Part shown: positions 1 through 15,488 of the stretch, in pieces
Numbering within the stretch: position 1 is the stretch's first letter
How the letters are laid out: each line of letters opens with the position of its first letter
Assembly: GCF_009914755.1 (NCBI RefSeq)
Contig: NC_060936.1
Source of the DNA: the human T2T-CHM13v2.0 reference genome, Homo sapiens
Strand: one strand, 5' to 3'
DNA length: 64,000 bases
Program-made: the position numbers and the translations under genes
Notes under the pieces: model-generated
What the model was told of the DNA's origin: nothing
Seen by the model: the letters and a program-made list of their open reading frames with translations, nothing else
Databases searched by the model: none

Positions 1-2057
1 TGTAGATTTATATCGGGTTCATTTGGTCCAGTGTTGAGTTCAGGTCCTGAATATCTTTGTTAATATTCCTCCTCTAAGGTCTATCTAACACTGTCAGTGG
101 GGTGTTAAAGCCTCATACTTATTATTGCATGGGAGTCTAAGTCTCTTTGAAGATCTCTTAAGAACCTGCTTTATGAATCTGGGTGCTCCTGTGTTGGGTG
201 TATGGATATTTAGGATAGTTAGGTCTTCTTGTTGAATTGAACCTTTTACCGTTATGTAATGCCCTTGTCTTTTTTGATCTTTGTTGGTTTAAGGTTTGTT
301 TTGTCTGAAATTAGGATTGCAACCCCTGCTTTTTCTGTTTTCCATTTCCCTGGTAGATTTTTCTCCACTCCTTTATTTTGAGTCCATGGGTGTCACTGCA
401 TGTGAGATGGGTCTCTTGAAACAGTATACCATTGGGTCTTGCTGCTTTATCCAGTTTGCCACTCTGTGCCTTTTAATTGGGGTAGTTAGCCTATTAACAT
501 TGCAGGTTAGTATTGATATGTGTGCGTTTGATCCTGTCATCATGATGTTAACTTGTTATGCTGACTTTTTTGTGTGGTTGCCCTGTAGTGTCACTGGTCT
601 ATGTACTTTAGTTTGTTTTTGTAGTGACTGGTAAGGGTCTTTCCTTTCCATATTTAGTACTTCTTTCAGCAGCTTTTGTAAAGCAGGTCTAGTGGTAACA
701 AATTCCTTCAGCATTTGTTTGTCTGAAAATGATCTTATTTCTCCTTCATTTATGAAGCTTGGTTTGGCCGGATATTAAATTCCAGTGCTCCAGGAACACT
801 GGTCACCACACTCCAATGGGCAAGTGCCAGCCAAAGCACTTCATAGGGTGATAGCAGCAGGCTTGGTCCTTGTACTCGTTTGCACGTGCCAACAGCAGTG
901 GCAGTGTGGACGTGTGTGGACTGTGGCAAGGTGCTAGCCAGCGCCGGGGTGCCAGCCTCCATGCAGGCATTTGCAGCAGCTGGGTGGCAGCATGGCTGGA
1001 GGAGGGCAGGGGGTCCCTGCAAGGAATAGAATTGGGCACTCATGGGGGCAGTCTGCTGTTCTCCATGCTTAGTTTTGGGCAGGCAGCAGTGTCGGCGGCA
1101 GGGGCTGGTGGTCTCATTGCTGCCAGTGCTCCTATGACAGTGGTGGTATGGTGGGGGATAGGGGACGGGGGTGCACTCACGGCAGCAGAGGCATGGCAGG
1201 GTGCAGACACCCTGGCTGGGAAGGGAAGACAAGATTCCTGCTGGCACACACATGCTGGCAAAGTGATGTGAGGGGTTGCTGTGGGCTAGTGCTTGTAGGC
1301 AAAGCAGCACAGGGGAGGGCACAGTTGGGGGAGGGCACAGGCAGCCTGGTGTGTGTCTGTGGGGCAGCTCTGCTAGAGCACTCTGCCAGTCAGGCATGGC
1401 CTGCCAGTGCAGGAGCTGTGATGCGGCCCCCAGGAGGTACCTGGGGGCTGCACTGCATGCAGGTGTGGCCAGGGTGGGACCCTGGGAGAGGCCAGCTGAC
1501 TAAAGGGTGTTCACGTCAAACTGGCCCTGTTTCATGGACAAGACTGGCTCTGCAGAGTTCAGATCTGACAGTTTCACTAGGGCTAAAATCTCCTATGGGG
1601 GCAGGTCAATTCTAGGGGAATGGGCATCCCTGGCCGTGTTCCACTACAGAGGCTGCAGCACCAAACCCTCTAGACTTGGCACAGGCTGGAGTTCTGCTAC
1701 TACCACTTCTCTAAGTAGCTGTCCCTGCCAACTCAAGTGTCCATGGTGGCAGAGGGGTCTCTTCCTACTGGGATTCCAGAGGCCCCTGGTGAGAGCAGGT
1801 TGCTCCTTGCCTGTTCAACTCACCCCTTCTGCAGGAATCACTGGGGGCCAGGAACTAGTCCTGGGTGCCTGGTAGCCCTGTGTAGGGTTCCCAGCTTCCT
1901 CCCGCTTCAGCTATGCCCTGTATCTTTCTTCCCTCTGATCTTAATGCCTTCCCTCTGAAGGTTTGCTAGGAGTGCACGAGTCTTCCTGATGTCCCAGTCC
2001 CTTGGTGGGAGCTGTTTCTCCTGGCTTCATGTAGTCAGCCATCTTGGAGAGTCCTCC
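1..2057 (-). mobile_element. Old primate LINE-1 (L1PA/L1PB-type), antisense: 5'UTR, ORF1 3' end and ORF2 endonuclease start; internally deleted and running off the window start
   Basis: The reverse complement of 1-540 resembles the L1 ORF2 start (ATGACAGGATCAAA at ~540). About 560-782 resembles the ORF1 3' end. 783-2057 is a GC-rich 5'UTR ending in the L1 5' YY1 motif (gccatcttg at ~2038-2046). Confidence 0.85.
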
Positions 2058-2785
2058 ACTCTGGAAGTTTTTACCTTGATGCTCTAAATCAAATCACAAT
2101 GTTAAGATGTAATATTGTTTTTTTTTTTTTACTAAAAAAATGCATTTTATGTCATGGCCTAGAATGTGTGTAGCATGTTTTTATACAAACCACAAGTATT
2201 TAAATATGCATTATTCATACTGTTTGTGAGTATTCAAGAGGAAGGAAGGAAAGGAGAGAAAGATGAGACAAACATTGACTATAGAGAGACTGTGTGTATG
2301 ATAAAGTTTCAAGAAACAATACATATCTATGTGCTCTGTGATCTGCATTTCCTTAAAATACAAAACAAAACAAGTAAATGCCACAGGTGATAACCCCCAA
2401 CATTGATTTCAAAACCATGCAGACCTTCCCATTATCTTTATATGTTCCTAATTCTAGGTCTGCACACGGAGTCTTTGTTACTGAGAAAGGAACACTAAAA
2501 TCCTAAGGCTTAAAAAAAATAAAGTTGTATTGTTTATAATTGGTATCTTGAGAACGCGTGTCCTCTCTTTCCTCTCCTTTCCTTTCCTTCATCTTTATTA
2601 ACCATCAGTGCAATGGAGACTGTGAGGGAGATTATTTTTTTTTTTTAGCACCATAAACTCAACCAAGTGGTATGTGTTTTTTTAAAAGAATGTTGGTTTT
2701 TGCTGATAATTTCCAGATCACAAATATTTAGAAGACTAGCATATGTATTTAGTACTTTGGGAAACTTTATTTTGATTTTAATTTC

Positions 2786-3076
2786 ATTTTTTGAGATGGA
2801 GTTTTGCTCTTGTTGCCCAGGCTAGAGTGCAGTGGTGTAATCTTGACTCACTGCAACTTCCTTCCGCCCCCTGGGTTCAAGCGATTCTCCTGCCTCAGCC
2901 TCCCAAGTAGCTAGGATTACAGGCATGCACCACCACACCCGGCTAATTTTGTGTTTTTAGTAGAGACGGGTTTCACCATGTTTATCAGCTGGTCTTCAAC
3001 TCCTGACCTCAGGTGATCTGCTGACCTCGGCCTCCCAAAGTGCTGGGATTACAGGTGTGAGCCATGGTGCCTGGCC
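2786..3076 (-). mobile_element. Alu (AluS-like)
   Basis: Full dimeric Alu; direct repeat CTTTGGGAAACTTTA on both flanks. Confidence 0.95.
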
Positions 3077-3629
3077 CATCCTTTGGGAAACTTTAAATTG
3101 ATCAGTCTGTTTCTCTGTGTAAATCTAAGTTGTACTGATGTTTACATGGCATGTTTTTTAATCATGGGGATAATTTGTTCTAAGGAATTTTCACTTTTTC
3201 CAACTAACTTAGGACATTAGTATAATAAGGCTACATTTCCTGGGTAATGTGTCCTGAGAAGGAATTACTTTGATTTTCATTTGAAAATACAGTGGGTATA
3301 TTACTTTTGCTATGTGATAGGCAGTAGTTCAATCTAATAATAACCAATTAAGCTTACGATTCAGAAAGAAAATATTCCTACACAATATTTTTTCATTAAT
3401 GACACTTATAAAATCAGATGCTATTGAGTATGAAGAAATAAAGCCAATTAGTGTTATCTGATAATGTCAAGAATGTGTTCCACATGAGAGGATTTTTTAG
3501 AAAAAGAAAATTAGGAAAATTAATAGAACTAATAATTTCATTATAAATTCTAAAAATTACTTTAAAGATAATTTAACATATACATGTGTATGTATGTAGA
3601 TAGATGAGAGAGAAAAATATTTCAGATAG

Positions 3630-3941
<312 letters not shown>

Positions 3942-4244
3942 CAGTGCAGAAACTTTTGATGAACACCTGTGTGGCCACCCCATTGAACCCTGACATTTTT
4001 TCCCTGACTTTTCTAAGTGTATGGAATAACAATCAGTCATTTAAAGGTGATTTGAAAACCAATTATTGTGCTTTGCTCTGGCCAGCTTATTTTTACTCAA
4101 TTCTTTTAGACCTAAGCATGGCACATTCTTTGGATTCACCCCTTAATGCCCTTAATAATCCCCTAATGCCACAGGTTTACTCTTAATGTATAGCAGTGAA
4201 TCTTTCTTCATTTGTCCTCTTGTCTGAAGCAAGAATGGAGCAAA

Positions 4245-4259
4245 GTTTTTTTTTTTTTA

Positions 4260-4296
<37 letters not shown>

Positions 4297-4408
4297 ACAA
4301 GGTCTAGGTACATCGTCCAAGCTGGACTCTAACTCGTGGGCTCAAAGAATCCTCCTGCCTCAGCCTCCCAAGTAACTGGGATTCTTGTTGCGGGTCACCA
4401 TGCCTGGC
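4245..4408 (-). mobile_element. Alu monomer (FLAM-like) with long T tract
   Basis: Single Alu arm after poly-T. Confidence 0.8.
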
Positions 4409-5769
4409 TTTAAGCAAATTTTTACATAAACAGCCTGGATTTACATGTTATTCCTATGGCACAAATATGGGATTTGTCGTTAATAACTGTATTCCAGTTT
4501 ACTGCAGTTTATAATAGTGAACAAGACAAACTGGGATTTGGAATCCTGAGGCTATCTCTGATTTAGACAAGTTAGTAACCACCGTGTGCTTTAACCTTTT
4601 TGATTGGGAAATTCTGAGAATTAACTAATGTAAATATGGGGCACATAGAAGTTGCTCAATAAAAGTTTTTAATATTACTAGCTTTCTTTCAAGTGGTTGA
4701 ACTTGCTAAAATTCTGATTTCTAAATGAGTGGGAGCATTTCGGTACAAAAATATTCAAGGGTTCTCTCCAACTTTCCAAACAAAGCAGATTTGAACATTA
4801 AATTTCATCATCCAACTTTTGGAACCCCTGCTAATTGTTTTCTTTGTACTCTTGGTTTATTTTTATACCTAAGGTCTGATAGACACATAACAAATGCTTT
4901 ATGTACCTTAAAGTAAGTGAAAATAGATTGTTCAGATGAAAGGTATGTGGATAAGTCAGTTTTGCAGCAATTCTAGAGAACTCTTGCCAGAACTGTATCT
5001 TTGTTTTGGTTTTCAGGGACTGTTAAATGTGATCACTGAGTCAGACTTGCTGTTTTCTCTGTCCCCTGGCTATCTCTCTTAAGACCCTGAAGTTTGCCAG
5101 CCATAGAATGTTTAAAAGGCAGAGGAGGGCTTAGCCTAGGGGGAGTTTGTTTATTTAAAGAAAAAATAATTAAGTTTAAACATCCTACCATGTCATAGCT
5201 AGTTTAGTCATGTTAAGAGTTAGTGAGTTCTTTTGATTGTTTCCTGGTGGTCTTGATATCTAAAGGTAACAGATAAATTTGAAGCAGTTAAACTTCCTGA
5301 GATTACCTGGAACCTTATAATATAATCCCAAACAGAAATCCCTAACAAAGTGGGAGGAAAGGGAATGCCATTTTTTTGCTGGTTTTTGTTTTTTGATGGG
5401 ACTCTTTTAATTCAAATCTTCTACCACTCTGTTCTAGAGTTATGGTACAGATGATTTAAAAACAAAACAACAGTTTAAGAAAACCACACTTTGATAGATA
5501 CATCTTCATTATTTCTTTGAAGTCGGGAACTTAAGAATCTTTTAAAAGGAACAGTGTAGCTCTACAGATGTTTAGACACAAAGAAAGATCTAAAAATTGA
5601 TGATGTTATGTTTGAAGATTACCATCTCCCAAATTTATAATTTACTATTCTTTACAAATTCTTTGCCAGATAAGGAAAACTAAGACAGCTATTTTGGGCT
5701 TGCTCAGGACACTAGGGCAGATTTCTTTGATGAGATGACTTACAAAAACAAAGTCCTAAAGGAAGAGGA

Positions 5770-6230
5770 GAAATAAGCCAGAGAGAGAGATATCTCTTGT
5801 TACTGGCAGAGGGAAAAACAAGTCCTGAGATCCTGAAGTGAGAAGGTGCTTGATAAGTTTAAGGAAAGGAAAGATGCTGGTATAGCTTGAATGGGGTGAA
5901 TAAGGGAGAGAGTGGTAGATGAGGTAAGAGAGATGGGGTGGGGGATAGCAGATCATGGTCTTTATGGGCCTTTGTAAGGAGTTTGGCTTTTAGACTACTG
6001 AGCTGGACTCAGTTGGAGAATTCGATTAGAAGAATGACATGATCTGACTTTCTTTTGAAAATGGCTAATCTCACTGACTTGTTGAGGTGAGCAAGAGAGA
6101 GACTGGGAGATCAGACAGGGAACTATTATACTAATGTGTATGCAAAATATTGTGGCTTGGACCATCGTAGTAAGAGTGGAAGTGGTAATAATATGAATAT
6201 CTTTTGAAACTGGAGCTCCTAGGATGAACA
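5770..6230. mobile_element. LINE-2 fragment
   Basis: Degenerate purine-rich L2-like text (gacatgatctgacttt...ggcttggacc). Confidence 0.55.
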
Positions 6231-6260
6231 CTACATGGGTAGTGACATTTTAAAATACTA

Positions 6261-7031
<771 letters not shown>

Positions 7032-7068
7032 TTACATTGTAGTTATAGGGGGAAAGTTGACAATAACA

Positions 7069-7140
7069 ATAATAATTGCTTATAACAATTAATGATAATA
7101 ATTGCTTACAACAATTAATGATAATAATTGTTTATAATAA
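7069..7140. repeat. 26-bp AT-rich tandem repeat, ~2.8 copies
   Basis: ATAATAATTGCTTA(T/C)AACAATTAATG at 7069 and 7095, partial third copy at 7121. Confidence 0.85.
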
Positions 7141-7365
7141 ATAAGCAATTTGTTGTATTCAGAATGTACTATATTAGGGCTACCATATATTTCTTTTTTT
7201 TTTTTTTCCAGTCTGTAAATGGCACTCCGGAGTTGCAAGGTCCCACTGGGTGACAGGAATTGAGGACTGAAGAGTTCTGGTCCCGTGGTACAAATAGCCA
7301 GTTTTCTATCTCTCCCACCTCAGTCTCAGCTCTGTTAATAATGTTTTTTATGAGAAGGTTGCTCA

Positions 7366-7709
<344 letters not shown>

Positions 7710-7786
7710 TTAGATAATTATTCTTAAAGAGTTTTGTTATAATATATTCAAGAGTAACATTCTTAATAACTTAACCTATATTTCAG

Positions 7787-7882
7787 AAATGACCATTAAG
7801 AAGTAGATGCCCAGATGCAAAAGTGATGAAACAGTCCATTTGTCATAAAGTAAGATGCAGCTGTGGCATGTCAACCAGCTTG
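7787..7882 (+). other. FRS2: FRS2 non-coding 5'UTR exon (96 nt)
   Basis: Acceptor tttcag| at 7786 and donor TTG|gtaagt at 7883; unique sequence between Alus, consistent with my recollection of the FRS2 mRNA leader. Confidence 0.8.
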
Positions 7883-7953
7883 GTAAGTGTGGCCAAATCT
7901 TTTTTTTTTTTTTTTTAACTTTGTAGTTATCTACTTTGAAAATCATTTAATTA

Positions 7954-8322
<369 letters not shown>

Positions 8323-8935
8323 CTACCATACAGCTCTAAGAAGTGTATTTCTGTGATGTATCTTACAGCATAATTTTGGTCATTATGCTACTTGCATATT
8401 TTTAAAAATTAAATTTGTTTCGTATGTTTCTTCCTAGGATTAAAAGTATACCCTTCAGTATGGGGTGTCTTATTGGAGTGGTGAAAATATTATGGAATTA
8501 GATGATGTGGTCATGGTTACAAAACTTTGTGAATATGTAAAAAAAACACTGTTCAAAGAAATGCTTTTTACCTTATGTGAATTACACCGAAAAAAAAAAG
8601 GACCCTTCAGAACATCAAGTCTTAGAAAGAGTATAAAATCTATTTGACTTAACAGCTGTTTTAGAATATAAAAATTGCCACATATCATCAGGTACCTAGC
8701 AAAATGACTTGATATTTAGAGAATAGAATAAGTATTTTTGTAATAAAAGTAATACATTTTGGTTTTTTATAACACATACTTTTGTTATTAGAGACCAACT
8801 GTCTCTCAAGCTTTCGTAATATCAAATGTCATAGCGTAATATTCTGAATGTACTCTGTTAGCATTTTGTAATTTTTCATTTTTAGTAGACTGTCTTGAAA
8901 CTAACATTTCCACTTTCTACCTGAAATTTTTTTAG

Positions 8936-8978
8936 GAACAAAATTGTATCTGTTTTTCTCAGAAGAGAATTCCACAAG
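8936..8978 (+). other. FRS2: FRS2 non-coding 5'UTR exon (43 nt)
   Basis: Branch-like ctaac, pyrimidine tract, tttag| at 8935; donor AAG|gtaaga at 8979. Confidence 0.8.
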
Positions 8979-9379
8979 GTAAGAAATTGTAAATATAGTA
9001 ATAAAACTAATATTGTTGAGTAAGGCTTAATTGCTCCTGATTTTTAAAAATTTGTTTCCATGTATTTATTTAATATCTTTTCTTTATTATGGGATTCTCA
9101 CTAATTTATTAGCCACTGTTTTACTATGTCAGAATTTGCTAGCAAGACACAGATCATCTTGTTTGAATTTAGGATAAAAGGGAATGATAAAAGTAGTCAC
9201 CTTTAAAATTCAAATACTGCTTCTCATGGTCAGAGCTTATTGAGTGGGTTTATCCTTTTTAGGAAAAAAGTTCTTCCATTGGGGCTCATTTATCTTTTAC
9301 TCAGTGGACATTGCCTACGTGACTTGGAGGAGTAGAGGGTTCATAGGAGCTCTCTTAGGGGCTGGTAGATTTGTTTGTT

Positions 9380-9620
9380 TGTCTGGTAAGGGTTGCATCC
9401 TCCAGAGGGGAGGAATGCTGTGTCCTTGCATGGCAGAAGGTGGAGGGCAAGCAAAACTAATGCTGAGCAAAGCTTCTTTTATAAACGCCTTAATTAGGTC
9501 ATGAGGAAGGAGCCCACATTACCTAGTCACCTCCTAAAGGTCCCGTCTCTTAATACTATCACATTGGCCATTAAATTTCAGCATCTGAATTTTAGAAGGG
9601 ACACATTCAAACTATAGCAG
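9380..9620. mobile_element. MaLR (MLT1/MST-like) LTR fragment
   Basis: Typical end aattttagaagggacacattcaaactatagca. Confidence 0.65.
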
Positions 9621-10275
9621 GAAGGGAATTCACACATCTGCTGAAAGTGAAGCCAAGATTAGGGCTTTTTAAAATAAGTATTAATTTATATATCAGCACT
9701 TAAGTATTTATAAGATCTTTGGTGGGAAGACCAGAAAGTACTGAAGTTGATATTGACTTGTTATTCTATTCATTGTTGAATAATCCCGCCATCCTTTTTA
9801 AAAACTAAGAGAATTATACATCAGGTAACATAGTTCCTTTCTCCAATTTCTTTAATTTTGAGTCTTTTGTATGGCATAGTAATTTTCTTATTCTTACTTT
9901 GATGTGTTACCACACTGCATAAATAGAATAGATAGTATTCTCATTTTACAAATGAGGAAACCAGTAGTAGGATTGGCTTTAGGTTCTTTTACTAATCTTA
10001 TACTGCCACCCTATCAGCTGATACTTTCCTGTATATAAAAGGTATAACAACTAGGATAGTCTTAACTTGAAAGAAGTTGTTTCTAACCAGGAAGAACCTC
10101 ATAGCCTGAGAAGTTTAAAAAACACACATATACAGACAAAAATATAAGCAGTGAATACTGTAGGCCATAGTCAAAGGAACATTTATTAATGTGGAAGGTC
10201 CACCTCTGTTATATAGAAAAGTATTTCAGAAGTATTTCCAATTTAGAATGAATGCCATAAATTTAAGTTGTCTAG

Positions 10276-10578
<303 letters not shown>

Positions 10579-12519
10579 TAGTTTTGAGCATGCCTGTTTA
10601 CTTAAAGGTTATGTGTCTAGTTTTGATGGGTGGGAAATTAGAATTTCATCGGGGTGATGAAATGAGCAATTTGATCTTGTGTTTTTCAGAATATAGTAAT
10701 CCCCTCCCCGCCAAATTATTTGTTTGTAGTGTGAAAATCAGGTATACTGGATTATAAACCAGTATCTTCCGTCCCAAAAGGCTTAATTTGGTTCAGACAC
10801 TGCTTTATTGTTAGAGGCAGAGATTTAGATTGTTTTTGAGGAATCCAGTGCTATTCTAGGTCATTTTAGGTCTGAAGGGTCTTCAGATATGTAATAGTAA
10901 CCACTTGGCTTACACCTAGCTTACATTTAAGCCTGTGGAAAGACTGAGAGAGATTTCACATGTAGGTGGTGGAATATGGAAATGCAGATTGATAGTCTAC
11001 TTGGAGTTATGGGTCTTTGAAGTTTAGCAGTCTTTTTGTTGTTCAAAAATACACTATGACATTAAAAAGACGTGGGTCTTCTGACCCTGATGTCTTATTG
11101 TGTATTAGGGCTTCAGGTGTTACAGTTCATTTTAACTGAGGTTGAACGTAATACACAAAAATGTGGATTGTTTTATAGTTTATAAAAGAACAGTTATTTT
11201 AGGTACCTTTTTGTTTCATGTTCCACTCTTAGAGTTCCTTATTAGCTGGCTTGATTTTATTTTTTCAGCTACGTGCTTTTAGATTAAAAAACAAAAAAAC
11301 AAAATTCAGAATAGGTTGAAACTCAACACAAATTGCTGCCACGTAACAAAAGTGCTGATCAAGTTAAATCAACCCCTGTAATGTGTACTGAAAGGAAAAC
11401 CTCTCCTCTCTCCCCCAATTTGAAGAACAAGCATTTTCCCTGCCAAGAAGTACTGACTTTAAATGGACCAGCTGTCCATATTAGGAGTACAGGGTTGCTA
11501 AGGTGACCATGGCTGTTTGGAGAAGAATGCAGCTGAGAGGGCAAGTTCTCGATGTGTGAGCTGAGGGAAGGAATGTGGTGTGATTATGCATCATTCCTCC
11601 TAATCACATGCTCACAAAGTGCTGTGTGGGCAGCATGTAGAAACTACAAGTCTGAGCGCTGGAGCTTGTGTGTGGTTAAAAGCATTTTGTTTTCATGTAA
11701 GCCACAGGCTTACAGTTTAGATGAAAAAGGTCTGCCTTGTATGTATGTGTGTGTTTGGGGTTAAAGTTGGGGACGGTGCTTTGATGGTAGATGAAATGGC
11801 AATGAATTTATTTTGCTTGATAGATACATATTTTTATTGTTTTTTAAATTATTTATCTTGGAATAAATGTCATCTTTCCAGTTGATCCTTTTCAGTCATA
11901 TATACAGTATTAATAGTCCCAAGTAAATGATGTGTTCCTTGTAATTGTGTATTTCTTTGGCACTGTAATTTCAGAATGATTTGGAAATTCCTAAAAATGT
12001 GTTGTCTACTTGTTCCATTTCTTCTTTTTAAAAAACTGAGTGTTTTTTCCTCAAGGCATCCAAAGATAGGTTCTGGGCGTATCTGACAAATAAGTAGCCA
12101 ATTTGGTAAAAATAATGATTCAAGGACAGTGAGAATGGTCAAACTAACATCCCATTTACCTGAGATGCTGTTAAGATTTTACTGTGGGCACCATTACTAA
12201 TACTTGAAATGAGATCTAGATACAGGCGTTGATGTAGATACTTAAATGAAATGTGTTATTTTTGTTTTTTATCCTTTTTTGTTAATCCCTACAGTGATGT
12301 GTTGATCTTAAATGAGGGCGTAAATGTGATGTATTTAAGATGTGAAGTAGCTTGAACAGTGGCAGCCCTGTATTACATGAGCATCATATTATTTTTCATA
12401 ATCAGATAGTCTCTTTGCTTTGAAATGATTGCTGTTAAGTGATTAATTTATAAAATATGGAGGGAAATGAAAGGATTCAAATAATTTGACCTCTTGGGCT
12501 CAAGCAATCCTCCCACCTA

Positions 12520-13022
12520 GAATATGGCTAATTTTTATAAATGTTCCATGTGTATTTAGAAAGAATGCAACTTTTTCGGTTATTAAGTACAGTGTTATAT
12601 TTATGTCTAAGAACTTGTTAATTGTTCTCTTCATATCTTCTCTGTCTTGGTTTTGTTTTGGATTCGGGTTTAGTTTTATTTGGGGACTGATTTATGAGTT
12701 TCTCTAGTAAGAAAGACATGGTAATTAATGTCTCTCACCATGGCTATGGGTTTGTCAGTTTCTCCTTATAGATGTGTTAATTTTTGCTTTATTTATTTTG
12801 AATGTATGCTATTAAGTACATTAATAATAAGCCAAAATAATTAAACAATTTAGAATTAGAATTGTTTTATCTGTTTGTTGAATTGAATTTTTATCATTAT
12901 GAAAGGGCCCTCTATCTGAACACACTTTTAGCCTTACAGTTTTTTTTTAATTGTTGTTATTGCTGTTTTCTTGGATTAATATAGCTAGTATAGTTTTCTT
13001 TTGGTTACTGTAGTATTTTCAT

Positions 13023-13056
<34 letters not shown>

Positions 13057-14760
13057 AGACGAAGTCTTACTCTGTTACCCAGGCTGGAGTGTAGTGGCAT
13101 GATCTCAGCTCACTGCAACCTCCATCTCCTGGGTTCAAGGAATTCTCGTGCCTCAACCTTCTGAGTAGCTGGGATTACGTGTGTGCACCACCATGCCTGG
13201 CTAATTTCTGTTTTTTAAGTAGAGATGGGGTTTCCCATTTTGGCCAGGCCAGACTCGAATTCCTGACCTCAGGTGATCGCCCGCCTCAGCCTCCCAAAGT
13301 GCTGGGATTACAGGCGTGAGTCCCCGCACCCGGCCAGTATTTTCATTCTTTAGTTTTTCATGTATTTTGATTGGAGTTTTGTAAATAGAATAAGGTTGAG
13401 TTTTATTTTTGTTCTGAATGACAATCTTTATTTTTTAACTGGAGAACTTTAGTCAATTGTGTTACCGATAGATTTAGTTTTTTTTTTTTTAATTTTTTTT
13501 TTCTTTTTTGAGACAAGATCTCACTCTGTTGCCCAGGCTGGAGTGCAGTGGCACGATCCTCTAGCCTCGATCTGCTGGACTCAACGATCCTCCCACCTCA
13601 GCCTCTCAAGTAGCTGGGACCACAGGCATGCGCTACTGTGCTGGGCTGATTTTTTAATTTTTTAGAGATGTTATCCCACTATGTTGCTTAAGTTGGTCTT
13701 GAATTCCTGGACTCAAGTGTTCCTACTGCCTCAGCCTCCCAAAGTGTTGGAATTACAGATGTAAGCCACCGTGCCCAGCTCTGATTTACGTGTATTTCTG
13801 TCCCCTTCTGTGGTTTTTCTATTTATCCAATTCTTCCTCTCATTCTTGCCAGTCTTTTGTGTTGAGTTGGACATATATATTTGTCTCATTCCATCTCCTC
13901 TCCATACCTTGCATGCATGTATACTTGTTTATAATTAATATATTATTTATTCTTTTAGTGGTTGCTCTGGCTATTTTAACATGCTTTTCTTAGGAAAGTC
14001 CAATTAATCAGTATCTTTAACCTATTCCTGAATAATGTAGTAACTTAGCATGCTCTGGTTGTCCTCCTCCCAACCTGTAACAGTGTTGTCTGTTATCTTA
14101 GTTTTGGCATATTCTTCTTATGCACACATACAGAATTTTAGACAAATTACTGTTTTAGGTAGTAAACCTTTGTTTAAATTTATTTACCTAATTACTGTTT
14201 TCTTGGCTTATTGTTCCTTTTTGGATCTGAGACCTTTCTTCTATGATAATTTTTTTTTTACCTGAGGTACGTTCTTTAGAATTTCCTTTAGTGAAGATCC
14301 TTTGGTGAAACAGACACTTTTTTCTTTGTTTAAAGATGTCTTTATTTCATCTTCATTCTTGAAAGGTAGTTTCTCTGTGTGTAGAATTCTGTTTTCTCAT
14401 GATATTGAAGACATTATTCCAGTACTTTGACTGCTAGTATTGCTGTTGAAAAGTCTTAATTGCCCTTCCTTTGTAAGTAATAACCCTTTTATTTGGCTGT
14501 GTTAAGCCTTTTTTTTTCCTTCCCATTTAGTGTTTTGCAGTTTTGTATAATGTATTGAGGGCGTTATTTTTTTCATTCCATCATTTTATTTTTTGTAATC
14601 CCACTTGGGATTCTTTGGGCTTCCTGGATCTGAGGATAATAATAATGTCTTTGAATAATTGTGGAAAATTCTTAACCATTATCTCTTTGAATAATGCCTC
14701 TTATTTTCTCCTTCTATAACTCTAATTAGACATATAGTCTATTTTTCATGTTACTTATGC
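12520..14760 (-). mobile_element. Ancient L1M fragments interrupted by antisense Alus at ~13025-13335 and ~13480-13779
   Basis: T-rich degenerate antisense L1 ORF1/ORF2-like text; the Alus are obvious. Confidence 0.65.
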
Positions 14761-15103
14761 CTTTTCATCCTTTTTCGTCTCCACAAACTCATTTAAGAGC
14801 TGGCTTATAGTTATAAATTCTTGCAGGAGATTTTCTTCTTTCTACCATCATCAAGATCAAGCAGGCAAGTTTACTTGCTGTCATCTTCTACAAGGTAGGT
14901 TTACTGCTCATTCATTTGTACTTTGTGGATTTTGGGATTTGCAACTGTATGGAAGGCAGTCTTGATCTATATAGTCTGTCTCCCGCAGTCTGCAGTTTTC
15001 TAAGCAGCATTATGAAATTACCTTAAAGTCAAGAGCCACCTTTCGTAGCTTTTTACATTTGTGCCAAAATAGGAAAATGTTTAATAATAAAATTAAAAAA
15101 ACA

Positions 15104-15108
<5 letters not shown>

Positions 15109-15151
<43 letters not shown>

Positions 15152-15201
15152 CATTGCAGATTATATATATATATACATATATATATAAAGCATTGCAGAT
15201 T
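15109..15201. repeat. (TA)21 microsatellite plus a second TA tract, each followed by AGCATTGCAGATT
   Basis: Direct reading; 13-mer at 15150-15162 and 15189-15201. Confidence 0.95.
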
Positions 15202-15374
15202 CCAGCAGTAGAGCCAGTCTGGACATCTAACCTACCATGTTGCTAGAAATAGAATTCCTTGATCCATTTCAAATAACATACAACTTACGTAAGGTTTGTA
15301 TGAGAAACATAATACAGAATGCTAATCGGCGGTCTCCCATTAACAAAAAAAGGCCCTGGCCTTAAGTTTGGTAA

Positions 15375-15488
15375 ATTCATGCCTTTTTATATGTTTAAGC
15401 TAAAATAAAATGATTCATGCCTTTTTATATGTTTAAGCTAAAATAAAATGATTCATGCCTTTTTATATGTTTAAGCTAAAATAAAATG
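15375..15488. repeat. Perfect 3 x 38-bp minisatellite
   Basis: ATTCATGCCTTTTTATATGTTTAAGCTAAAATAAAATG at 15375, 15413 and 15451. Confidence 0.97.

Noticed and set aside
750-1958. Cluster of 70-215 aa overlapping ORFs
   Set aside because: They lie in the GC-rich L1 5'UTR, where few stops are expected; no protein-like motifs
15375-15488. 38-bp repeats as a CRISPR-like array
   Set aside because: Head-to-tail with no spacers, in a human intron; a minisatellite
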